Below are positions 26,096-36,140 of a stretch of 64,000 nt of DNA, piece after piece; position 1 is the stretch's first letter; every line of letters starts with the position of its first letter. Where the stretch lies: the NCBI GenBank assembly GCA_043228905.1, contig JBHGNT010000103.1:22885-86884 (forward strand), written 5' to 3'. Source of the DNA: Azolla caroliniana. Its lineage: Eukaryota > Plantae > Polypodiophyta. The notes under the pieces are model-generated. The model was not told the origin of the DNA. It worked only from the letters and a program-made list of their open reading frames with translations, and ran no database searches. Both the position numbers and the translations under genes were made by a program.

Positions 26096-29000
26096 TCATC
26101 CAACACTTCTTCCGATTTTTAGTTCTTCTACTTCTTCATAAAATTCAGGCTCTAATGACTCCCTCCTTTTAAATATTTTAATCCTTTTTCCTGCAATTGG
26201 GATACGAATTTCTGTCCCATCTAATTCATTGAGGAAATATGTGGCTTTATCTGTTATTTTCCTAACTTCATAAGGTCCAAACCATCTTTTTGCAAACTTC
26301 CGAATAGTACTGTATTGATTATCTAGGCTATTATCATATACTAATACCCAATCTCCCTCTTGCACCTTTCTTGGTCGTATTCTTTTCATCTTGTCAAATC
26401 TGTCCTTATTCTTGATTCTTGCCTCTTTCAATCTAGTAGCTGCTTTTTCTATGTCTTCTATCCTTGATTGAAGTTGTCGTATTCGAACCGCAAGTAAATC
26501 TTCCCTACTCATTTCCGATTCCCAAGGCAACACAGCCCATGTAGTTATCTTTTCTTCAATTGGCATTATTGGCTTCTGTCCTGTGATTAATTCTGCAGGC
26601 ATATATCCAGTAACAGTGCTGTGAGTTGTCCTATCAGCCCATAGTGCATAGGGTAAGGTTTTTGGCCAATCACTAACCCGTCCTCTACATGCCTTTGCCA
26701 AAGCTTTGACTATTGGCCCATGTCCCCTTTCTACCTTTCCATTAGCTTCTGGATTGTACGCCGTTGTCAAAGAAAGCCGAATTCCTATTTTGTCGAAAAA
26801 ATCTTGAGCTTCCGCAGAATTGAGTTCTCCCCTATCTGCCACTATCTTCCCGACACATCCATATCTACAAACAATGTCCTCCAAGATGAATTGACATACT
26901 CCTAATGTCCTTTTTGTTCTCAATGAACGACCTTCCACTTGATTTGTTAGATCTTCTCTAGCAAGAACCAAGTATCTCTTTTGTCCTACTCCAAGTGGCA
27001 TTGTTACCAAATCTATCATCCACTTGTAATGCACCCCCGGTGAGTATGTTGGGTGTAATTCATCACAAAATTTTACATTTGAATAATATTGACAAGTGGG
27101 ACAAGTTTCCACATACTTTTTTATTTGCTCATAGTATCGAGGCCACCAAAATCGTTCTTTAATCTTACTGAAAGTGGCCCACACTCCTCGATGACCAGCC
27201 CATTCTTTGTCATGCAGCTCTTTGATTATCTCCTTTCTTTGCCCTTCAGAACCTATTACTCTTTGCGGGTTTCCAGTCTTGGTTTTCGGATGTCGCCATA
27301 GATATCCTTCATGCAGGAAGAACTTATGGGCTTTCTTGCGAAACTGTGAGAACTCTTTTCCAGATCGACCTTTGTACTTGTCAGGGGTTTGTAGGTATTT
27401 CCCTATTTCCTTGAATTCTTCTTCATACTCCTCTTCTAGAAACTGCATTCCTCCTTCCCGAGTAATGCTTGTGGTAAGGACTGTTTGTTCTTTGTCCTCA
27501 TCGTCCGAGTCTGGAATCTCCTCTTCCTCATACCTTGCTCTTGATAACATATCTGCTACTGCATTTCTATTCCCAGAGATATGTCGAACTTCAGGGTTGA
27601 TTGATCTAATATAGATACACCATCTTAACATGGCTTGATCTGGAATATCACAATTAGCTATGATACCCAGAATAGGCAAACAATCTGTTTCTATTATTAC
27701 TTCAGCACCAATTAAGTAATCTCTGTCTGTCTTTACAGCTGTTACTATCCCCCATAGCTCTCTTTTCACCTGTGCATATTTTCTTTGTCGACCACTAAGA
27801 ACCTTTGCCCCGAATCGGACTGGATACCTTTCTTCCCTATCTTGTTGGCTTATCACCCATCCAATTCCAATGGGACTAGAGTCTACTGTGAGATATATGG
27901 GCCGGGTGTAGTCTGGTTGCTTTAATGGTGGAGCTTGTGCCAAGTAGTACTTCAATTTCTTCATTGCCTCGGAATGCTCTTCACTCCATTCAAATGTCTC
28001 TCCTTTTCTTTGGAGTCTATATAAAGGTTCAGATAAATGGGCATAATGCGGAATCCATTTACAGTAAAAAACACATACCCCCAAAAACCTTCGTACTTCT
28101 GAGATGGATGTACATTCCTCTTGCATATTTTGAATTGCATTGACCTTGGTTGGGGATGGCTTTCTCCCATATGGGCCACACATATGACCAACTATTAATA
28201 TCTCTTTTGCCCCAAATATTGACTTCGCCCCTGATAAGGTCAAATGCACTTCTTCCATCCTTGATAGCACCTTCTCACAATCCTTGATATGATCAGCAAC
28301 GAATTGACGGCAACCACTTTCGTCCAATTCCTCGTTCTTCTCTTCCTCCTTGCATCCCTTAATTGGAACATCATCTAGAAAAGGCATTGTAATATGAGGA
28401 ACAAAATCACGAAGTACCTTGTTCATTCCATTCATCATATGCGCCACTGAGTTGGTCGCTCCTTGCGGCAAGGTGCACATCCGTACTAACCCTATAGGTG
28501 TCTTGATAGAAGTTATATCTCGACTTTTGATAGCAAGTTGAAATTGATCATACCCGGAATAAAGGTCTCCCATTGAATATATAGCTCTTCCTGCAAACAT
28601 CTCAGCAAACTCATCCACAATTGGCCCTACTCCCGAGTTTCGGATTGTTACCTTATTCACGGGTTGCATATCTTGGATAAATCGGAGTCGCCCATCTTTC
28701 TTTAACACAGTGAACCATCGACTCGAGTAAGGAGCGTTCGATGGTTCCAAGATACCCATCCTTATCTTTTCTTTCAAAAGTTCTAATAGTTGAGGGATTC
28801 TAGCCCTAGGCATGGGTATTGGCTTAAAGTTCCATGGAATATGAGGGATAGTGAATATAACCATGGGCTCCACAATTTCTGGATCCACACACCCTATTTC
28901 CTCCGGTTGGAATGCGAACGCCTTTCCATGCCTTTTTAACATCTCCCTGAACTGCTTTTCTTCAGCGGGTAATAGGAAGTCACCCCCTCCTATTTTCATC

Positions 29001-29512
29001 CCTTGTATTGTTTCCGGAGTAAACACATGTCCTACCTTTCGTGGGTCTCTGATCATTGGCTCTGTGGCTGCTTCTTTGATTGCCTTTTCACTATCCCCTG
29101 GAAGTGGAGCAGCAATAGGACGAACCTTCTTCTCCACTGTCTTGTACTTTGTTAGTACATGAGCTTCATGATCCTTTCGAGCAACTTCTTCAATGACCTC
29201 ATACATCTTGATTGAATGGACAGGAACTTGGATTTCGTTGTCTTCTTCCATTGCTTCCAAATGAGTTATTGTATCTTCAAAACTTAATTCTTCAAACATA
29301 TCCTGAATTTCTTCATCATCATCTATTAATCCAGAACACTTAAAGTACTCGAAAGCATTTTGTATTTTATTATTATTTACTTTTAGTATAAAAGTAGCAC
29401 CATTAGATGAGATTGTACAAGGAATATCTTTATTTACATTATTATTTATGGGGTTTTCTTTTATGCTCGGGCTATCACAGCCCCTACCTGTAAAAGCCCT
29501 ATCTAAAAATCC
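26096..29512 (-). CDS. Pol (RT-RNase H-integrase), probably expressed by -1 frameshift from ORF1
   Basis: DLYSGYDQF, LPQGATNS, PFLDD (RT); LTVDSS, IETDC, NAVADMLSR (RH); H-H-C-C zinc finger, IDLV/ADRG/GKVERG (INT). The frame is open back to the ORF1 stop. Confidence 0.93.
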   Translation of the reverse strand, partial: GFLDRAFTGRGCDSPSIKENPINNNVNKDIPCTISSNGATFILKVNNNKIQNAFEYFKCSGLIDDDEEIQDMFEELSFEDTITHLEAMEEDNEIQVPVHSIKMYEVIEEVARKDHEAHVLTKYKTVEKKVRPIAAPLPGDSEKAIKEAATEPMIRDPRKVGHVFTPETIQGMKIGGGDFLLPAEEKQFREMLKRHGKAFAFQPEEIGCVDPEIVEPMVIFTIPHIPWNFKPIPMPRARIPQLLELLKEKIRMGILEPSNAPYSSRWFTVLKKDGRLRFIQDMQPVNKVTIRNSGVGPIVDEFAEMFAGRAIYSMGDLYSGYDQFQLAIKSRDITSIKTPIGLVRMCTLPQGATNSVAHMMNGMNKVLRDFVPHITMPFLDDVPIKGCKEEEKNEELDESGCRQFVADHIKDCEKVLSRMEEVHLTLSGAKSIFGAKEILIVGHMCGPYGRKPSPTKVNAIQNMQEECTSISEVRRFLGVCVFYCKWIPHYAHLSEPLYRLQRKGETFEWSEEHSEAMKKLKYYLAQAPPLKQPDYTRPIYLTVDSSPIGIGWVISQQDREERYPVRFGAKVLSGRQRKYAQVKRELWGIVTAVKTDRDYLIGAEVIIETDCLPILGIIANCDIPDQAMLRWCIYIRSINPEVRHISGNRNAVADMLSRARYEEEEIPDSDDEDKEQTVLTTSITREGGMQFLEEEYEEEFKEIGKYLQTPDKYKGRSGKEFSQFRKKAHKFFLHEGYLWRHPKTKTGNPQRVIGSEGQRKEIIKELHDKEWAGHRGVWATFSKIKERFWWPRYYEQIKKYVETCPTCQYYSNVKFCDELHPTYSPGVHYKWMIDLVTMPLGVGQKRYLVLAREDLTNQVEGRSLRTKRTLGVCQFILEDIVCRYGCVGKIVADRGELNSAEAQDFFDKIGIRLSLTTAYNPEANGKVERGHGPIVKALAKACRGRVSDWPKTLPYALWADRTTHSTVTGYMPAELITGQKPIMPIEEKITTWAVLPWESEMSREDLLAVRIRQLQSRIEDIEKAATRLKEARIKNKDRFDKMKRIRPRKVQEGDWVLVYDNSLDNQYSTIRKFAKRWFGPYEVRKITDKATYFLNELDGTEIRIPIAGKRIKIFKRRESLEPEFYEEVEELKIGRSVG

Positions 29513-31617
29513 TGGGAAAACTCTTCATCCATCTCTTGAATTGGATGTTCCCTCAAGCATTCTTTGTTTCTTTCATGGTTGGGCCTCACGGTTAAGAATT
29601 GGACAGTCTTTCTTCCATCTTGACTCTTGATTCTCGCGAAAGCCGAACCATCATCAATAACCTTTGTTTCCATCCTCACTGCGGTGATGTAGGGCTGGCC
29701 AAGGATGACGGGGTAGGTTGATCGATCCTGCACAAAGAAATTTTGATTCACCGAGACATCACCAATTGTTACCTTCACACTAGGACATGCTCCGAATAGA
29801 TCCTCCGTAGTTTCTGTGGCAGCTCTTATTTTCCACCCATGATTCTTGTCAATCGGCCATCGTCCTCGAGCGTAAAATTCCGATGACATCATGTTAATCT
29901 CTGATCCATGATCGATCAAAGCAATACATGGAATTTGCTGCTCCCCAATTTTTGCAGGTGCCTCCGTTGTTGCTCGAGCCCAATGGTCCCTTGTATAGTG
30001 ACTCCTATCCCCTTCATGGACACCAACATCATTCTGGTTTTTTACACTTGCAGCATTGATGGTGCCACCATACAAATCTTGGAGTGTTGCTGCACACCCT
30101 CCCGTAATTTCCTCCGTCACCTGTCTCTTCCTTCTAATAATATCTATGATAACTTCATGAAATTCTTTCTTTGCTATACCCAACACTTCTCTTAAAGTAA
30201 ATTCTACCTTACTATTTAATATTCTTGTTTCTAGTACCTTTTTTATATCCGTCGTTTTTTCTATGTCTGAGGCAAGCTTGAAAGATGGGCCTGTCTTTCC
30301 TTTTACTTTATCAGCTTCCTTCGGCTCAATAGCACCCTTTTCCATCTCCCTTCTCTTTTGTTCTCGTGTCTCATGTCTCTTTGTCGGATCAGCTTCCTCA
30401 GCTCTCTTCCGCTTCTCTTCCACTAGCACATCTTGTGCATTCACTTGGGCGAATGTTGATAGCGCGTCTACTGGATCATTCCATCCAGTGAAGTTTCGTA
30501 TTTCATCTCCCGCTCTTTTTAATTCATCCACTCGAACCTTCCCTTTTCTTGCATAATCCATCACATCTTGCCAAAAGCCAGATCCACCATATGAGTCTTC
30601 TACGCGCAATCCTAAGGTTGCCACGGATTGTATCGCTTGAGTCGTTTCTCTCTCGGCATCTTCCATTAGCCTTTTCATTCCTCCTCGCCCGAAGTTGAGT
30701 TGAAGTGGTTGTCGAGTCTCAGTTGAGTGAATCTTGCCATCTTGATAATAGATTTTATTATGATTAAGAGCATCCCTATGCTCTTGACAATCTTTCTTCT
30801 GGTGGTCGATACTATCACACCACATACACCTTCGGACCATTCCACCTCCCTGCCTTGATGAAGTCGAGCTTTGTCCCGATTCTAGCTTCGTCACTTTGAT
30901 CGACAAGTCTTTCATGCCTTTCACTAATTCGTGTAAGAGTGATTCTTCTACTTTCTTTTCTCCCGACTCGTTCCCCGTTTCTTCATCATTTCTGTCGGGC
31001 AACTCCATAAACCATAACTTTCTTTTGCAGAAATGGGCGCACGCCCTTTTCACCTCCTCCCAATCTTCGGTAAGTCCACTTGGACTATTCTGATCTTCTA
31101 AAAGCATTCCCAAGTCCTTCCTGTCCTTAATATTAGTAGCTTGTAGAAACAATATTACTTTATCTGGCACTATTATATTTCTATCTCTAACATTTAGTTG
31201 CTCAAATATTTCAGAAAACTCTTTTAATACTTCCAAAACACTTAAATGTTTATTAGACTCTACCCAATCCATGAAAGCTCGCCTTGTCATCCTTGACATA
31301 TCGTTGAGGTTGTATTCATTGAGTAATGCTCTTTCGAACGTTGTCCATGTCTGATTCTCCCTTTGTAGCTCCTGGATCCTTTCTTGTAGCCCAATCGCAA
31401 CGACTCGACTAAAGCTATTAATTTTTGCAGCTTCGTCGACACCGCGTTTAAGCATTTCTTCATTATAAATCTTCAGAAATCTTGTTAAATTTATACCTTC
31501 GAAGATTCCTACTCGTGCGGGAATATTGTCGACGGCTTTGTCGATGCTTGCCATCATCCCTTGTTCCCGCATCACTCGTTCCATCATCGTACACATAAGC
31601 CTCATTTGCTCCTCCAT
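29503..31617 (-). CDS. Gag-protease (704 aa)
   Basis: CCHC knuckle CMWCDSIDHQKKDC. Aspartic protease ALIDHGSEIN...VILGQPY. Confidence 0.92.
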   Translation of the reverse strand: MEEQMRLMCTMMERVMREQGMMASIDKAVDNIPARVGIFEGINLTRFLKIYNEEMLKRGVDEAAKINSFSRVVAIGLQERIQELQRENQTWTTFERALLNEYNLNDMSRMTRRAFMDWVESNKHLSVLEVLKEFSEIFEQLNVRDRNIIVPDKVILFLQATNIKDRKDLGMLLEDQNSPSGLTEDWEEVKRACAHFCKRKLWFMELPDRNDEETGNESGEKKVEESLLHELVKGMKDLSIKVTKLESGQSSTSSRQGGGMVRRCMWCDSIDHQKKDCQEHRDALNHNKIYYQDGKIHSTETRQPLQLNFGRGGMKRLMEDAERETTQAIQSVATLGLRVEDSYGGSGFWQDVMDYARKGKVRVDELKRAGDEIRNFTGWNDPVDALSTFAQVNAQDVLVEEKRKRAEEADPTKRHETREQKRREMEKGAIEPKEADKVKGKTGPSFKLASDIEKTTDIKKVLETRILNSKVEFTLREVLGIAKKEFHEVIIDIIRRKRQVTEEITGGCAATLQDLYGGTINAASVKNQNDVGVHEGDRSHYTRDHWARATTEAPAKIGEQQIPCIALIDHGSEINMMSSEFYARGRWPIDKNHGWKIRAATETTEDLFGACPSVKVTIGDVSVNQNFFVQDRSTYPVILGQPYITAVRMETKVIDDGSAFARIKSQDGRKTVQFLTVRPNHERNKECLREHPIQEMDEEFSQDF

Positions 31618-31634
31618 TTCTCCTCGTCGTCGCC

Positions 31635-31652
31635 TTCACGTCGGGTTCACCA
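31635..31652 (-). promoter_or_regulatory. Primer binding site, tRNA-Trp type
   Basis: TGGTGAACCCGACGTGAA lies 4 nt inside the 5' LTR and is complementary to the plant tRNA-Trp 3' end as recalled (...TTCACGTCGGGTTCACCA). Confidence 0.85.
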
Positions 31653-31656
31653 AATG

Positions 31657-32555
31657 TGTCGGGGTAGTTGTGGTTCGTGCGGCGAAGTCGCGGGGACTAA
31701 GGTTAAGGGGAGTTGAAGGAACTTAACTTTTAATAAGGCTTGTATGGTGATGATAGAATGGTTAAGGATAGTAAGAAGAAGAGTTACGAGTAATGTGTGT
31801 GTGTGTGTGAGAGAGAGACAAGCATAGATAAAAGATAGAGACAATGTATGATTCAAGAAAGAAGATTGAGACAAAGTATGATTCAAGGAACAAGAGTATA
31901 TGATATAAACATGATGTATATTAAAAATATAATATTTTACCAACTTTACAATCCTTGACCGCAAACTGAACACATTCTCTATCGACCCTTGATTTGAACC
32001 CACGACCTCAACTTCGAAACGAGAGGTTCTCCACCCAATGAGCTAGTCTTCTTTAATTGATTGTATTATTTTCTCACTCTCTCTTGATTCCCCCCCTTGT
32101 TTACCCTTTCCCCTCTTTATATAAGTGTTGCCATGCATATGGTAATGTATGGGAGCATGGCATGCATGCAATGCATGAGTTACATGTAATGCATGATCGC
32201 CATTTGGCGCACATGCATTGCATGTGATGAATGATGGCTATGTATGAAAATAGATATGGGATAAGTATAATGATGAAAATGCATTCTAAAATAACTAACC
32301 TAGCTTAGTGGTGTATGCTTGGTGCTTGGTATACAAGGTTGAGGGTTCAAGTCCCTCAATTTTACTTAATACAATATATAGCTTCATTCTTATATCATGA
32401 AGCACATTTATTACACACTTTTACAAATAAATAGCCTGGCCTAGTGGTATGTACATTGTATATTGTATATAAGGATGTGCGTTCAAGTCTCTCAAATATT
32501 ATTAAATACAACATTTAAGCTCATTTTTATATCGTGAAGCACATTCTTCACGACA
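31657..32555 (-). repeat. 5' LTR (899 bp)
   Basis: Direct repeat of 25159-26057, flanked by the PBS and TSD. Confidence 0.97.
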
Positions 32556-32907
32556 ACGTGGAATGTGGCGCCAGAATCCAGTAACCACATGTGTGTATCT
32601 TGTGCACTATAGAGGACTTCTCTGATCACCGAGTCCTCTAAGGAGAGGATTTCTCCCGTTCAGGTGTTGACAATGTTGACTTAGTTGCATACTAGACAGT
32701 TATTCGAGTCGGATCGTCCTCGATTCCGCTCAGATTGTCGACCACTCTCTTTCCTCTTGATCGACCAACAATCGGAAATGTTGTGACCGGCTTTGTTACA
32801 GTGTGTGTAGAAGTCCCCTTGTCGCCTTTTTCTCGACTTCGACCGTTGTCGGTCTCCCCTCGTTCTTGACCGATTGGTATTCCGACCGGTTCTATCCAGA
32901 GTCAGAG

Positions 32908-35900
32908 ATGTAGTAGTCATTGATGGTCGTCCAACCTCTGTTGTCATTGATGGTCGTCCCATTGCTTCCGGAAATATCATAGAAGAGTTAGAGCCCATTA
33001 ATATTGTCCTAGATAATCTAGTGTGTGTAGTATCATTTAATATAATTAGTATCCCAGAACATCCCATTGTTTTAGGATTACCATGGTTCAAATTACATAA
33101 CCCAAACATAGATTGGAGAACAAGAGAAATCCGGTATCGCTAAGCTTGAGGATCTACTCATAAGATTGCAACCATTTCGCTACATCAGTTGCGGGAAGAA
33201 GGGTGCAAGGAAGAAATGTTTCTCTTCGCAATATCAGTAAAACCCTCCGACGCCACTAAAGAGGAGTCCACCGTTCAACTTCCAAAGAAGTATCATCAAT
33301 ATGCCGATGTGTTCGATAAAGTACAAGCCAATACACTTCCTCACCATCAACTGTATAATTGCCCCATCGATTTACAACCGGGAAAAGAGCCACCATGGGG
33401 ACCGATCTACAATTTGTCACCAACCGAGCTAGAGGTCCTTTGAGCCTATATAGAGGAGAATTTGGAAAATGGTTTCATTCGGCATTCGAAATCTCCAACT
33501 AGCGCACCCATTTTCTTCGTAAAAAAGGATGGATCACTTTGTCTCGTTGTAGATTACCATGGCTTGAATAAGGTCACCATCAGAAATAGGTATGCACTTC
33601 CCCTTATCTCAAGTCTTTTAGAATGGATCAATAGTGCAAGGTTCTTCATGAAGATCGACTTACGGGGAGCATATAACCTCGTAGGGATATGACCAGGAGA
33701 TGAATGGAAGACCGCGTTTCGCATCAGATATGGGCACTTCGAGTACACGGTCATGCCGTTTGGCCTCACTAATGCACCACTCCATCACATGGCAAATGAT
33801 ATATTCCGAGATCTCTTGGATGCTTTTTTTATCATCTATTTGGATGATCTACTGGTTTATTCGAATACCCAAGAAGAGCATGATTCTCATGTACTATTAG
33901 TACTAAAACGACTTTGAGAACATGGTATTTATGCAAAGCTAGAAAAATGTAGTTTCGGGTACAACCAGGTGGAATTTCTGGGTTATGTCATCTCCTAGGA
34001 AGGCATCTCCATGGATCCAGCTAAGGTCAAAACGGTGGTAGAGTGGCAAACTCGTTCGTTGAGAGATGTGCAATGCTTTTTAGGCTTTGCCAATTTCTAC
34101 CGCAAGTTTATACTGGATTACTCAAAGCTTGTTCTGCCTCTCACACAACTTACTAAGAAGGGACAATCATTCGTTTGGTCTGAAGAAGTGGACAGGGCTT
34201 TTGAGAACCTTAAGAAGGCATTTACATCGGCTCCTATTCTAGCTCATGTTGATCCGGAAAAACCATTCATCATGGAAGCGAACGCGTCGGATTTTGCATT
34301 GGGTAGCATTCTGTCACAACAAGGTAATGATGAAAACCTACATCCTGTGGCTTTCCACTCACGCAAGTTTGACGCCGCCGAAATCAACTATGAAATTCAT
34401 GATAAGGAGCTATTAGCAATAGTGGACTCTTTTATGCAATGGAGGCATTTTCTAGAGGGATCCTCTCATCAAGTCACCATATTCAGTGATCACAAAAACC
34501 TTGCCTACTTTCAGAGTGCTCATGTGTTGAATCAACGTCAAGCTTGGTGGGCCCAATTCCTCACGTGTTTCGACTACAAAATTACATATCATCCGGGGAA
34601 GCACCAAGGGAAGACAGATGCATTATCACGACGTTCGTATCTAGCACCGCGTCTCGGCGAGCCAGCTTTCGATAACCAAAAGCAAGTAATCTTGGGACCG
34701 GCACGACTGCAATCAACACAGGTCTTCGGCATGCCCTTGGATTCCCATGTTATCGATACCATACGTGAGGACTTGAAGACATATTCTTTCGCCCAAGCCA
34801 TTCTAGCACAAATTGATCCCTCTCGAGCATCTTGTTCACAATCGCCACAACCAGGTACAGAGTATCGACAATTCGAATGTCATGATGGATTACTATTCTT
34901 TAAGAAACTCTTGGATGTTCCTAATGGTTCTTGCCGCCTTCGAGTAGTCCAAAACTGTCATGACACATATACAACTGGGCATTTTGGTAGTACTAAGACA
35001 TTAGATTTAGTACAAGGATCATTCTGGTGGTCCTCTATGCGACAATTTGTCGAAGATTTTGTTCGGACTTGTGATACATGTTGCAGAGCAAAAATGCCAA
35101 GGCATCATCCATATGGTTTATTAGAACCATTACCAATTCCAAGCAAGCCATGGCAATCCATTGCTCTAGATTTCATCATAGATCTTCTAGTTTCTAAGGG
35201 ATTCAATGCGATTTTAACAGTAGTAGATCGATATACGAAGATGACTCATTTCCTGCCATGTACTAAGGAAATCTCCAATGAAGAAACCGTCGAAATTGTC
35301 ATGTGTGAAGTATGTCGGCATCATGGCCTTTCTGATAATATCATCAGCGACCGTGGACCCTAGTTTATCTCGAAATTCTGGAAGCACCTTTTTAAAATGC
35401 TCAAGGTCACTTGTAGGTAACCCGCAAACCAACGGCCAAGCAGAACGAACAAATCAAATGTTGGAGCAGTATCTTCGGTGCTTTCTAAGCTATCATCAGG
35501 ATGACTGGGCAGATATTCTCCACTTCGCCGAATTTGCCTATAATAACTCTGTCCAGTCATCGAGTAAAGTTATGCCATTTTATGCTTATACGGGTTGTCA
35601 CCCCCAGTGGTGTATATTTGAAAACCCTAGAGTTACCCACAAATCATTGCGCAGAGGATCATTTGGAGCGGTTACACAAGATACAAGCAAATTTATCTAC
35701 TTATCTATAGTAAGCTCAACAAACACACAAGGTTTACGCGGATCTTCATCAGCTTCCATCCAGTTTTAACATTGCAGATTGGGTATAACTACTACGACGA
35801 CACATCAAGACTACTCGCCCATGAGAGAAGTTGGATTATCGACGATTAGGTCCTTTCCGTATTATCAGAAAGATTAATGATGTCACCTTTCGTCTCAATC

Positions 35901-36140
35901 TACCCCCCAACTTCGCATACATCCGGTGTTTCATAGTTATATCCTCGAACCCTATCAAGACAACACCATCCCAGGACGTATTCCACAACCTCCACCCCTG
36001 ATCGAACTTGAAGATGGACCCAAGTACGAGGTTGCCGCCATCCTCAATTCCAAGATTGTTCGCAACAAGCTTTACTATTTAGTCAATTGGCTAGGATATA
36101 GTCCTAGCGAGCATACTTGGGAACCAATAGAGAATGTGAC
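32908..36140 (+). mobile_element. Decayed Tcn1-type chromovirus pol (PR-RT-RH-INT-chromodomain), no LTRs retained
   Basis: [76 protein letters not shown]. Same family as 17814-19155. Confidence 0.93.

Larger units (their letters stand above)
25159..32555 (-). mobile_element. Intact Ty3/Gypsy non-chromovirus element, 7.4 kb
   Basis: 899-bp LTRs 25159-26057 and 31657-32555 (about 5 differences by eye). TSD ACGT. PBS TGGTGAACCCGACGTGAA. PPT AGAGGGGGTGGG at 26058-26069. Two uninterrupted ORFs. Confidence 0.97.
22800..32905 (-). mobile_element. Decayed Copia (gag/PR at 32560-32905; PR-INT-RT at 22800-25158) split by the Gypsy insertion
   Basis: Removing 25159-32555 plus one ACGT restores protease LDSGATFHVTPNIEWF. 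INT LELVHTDICG..YFVTFVDD. RT QLDVKTTFLHGDL, SLYGLKQ. Confidence 0.9.
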
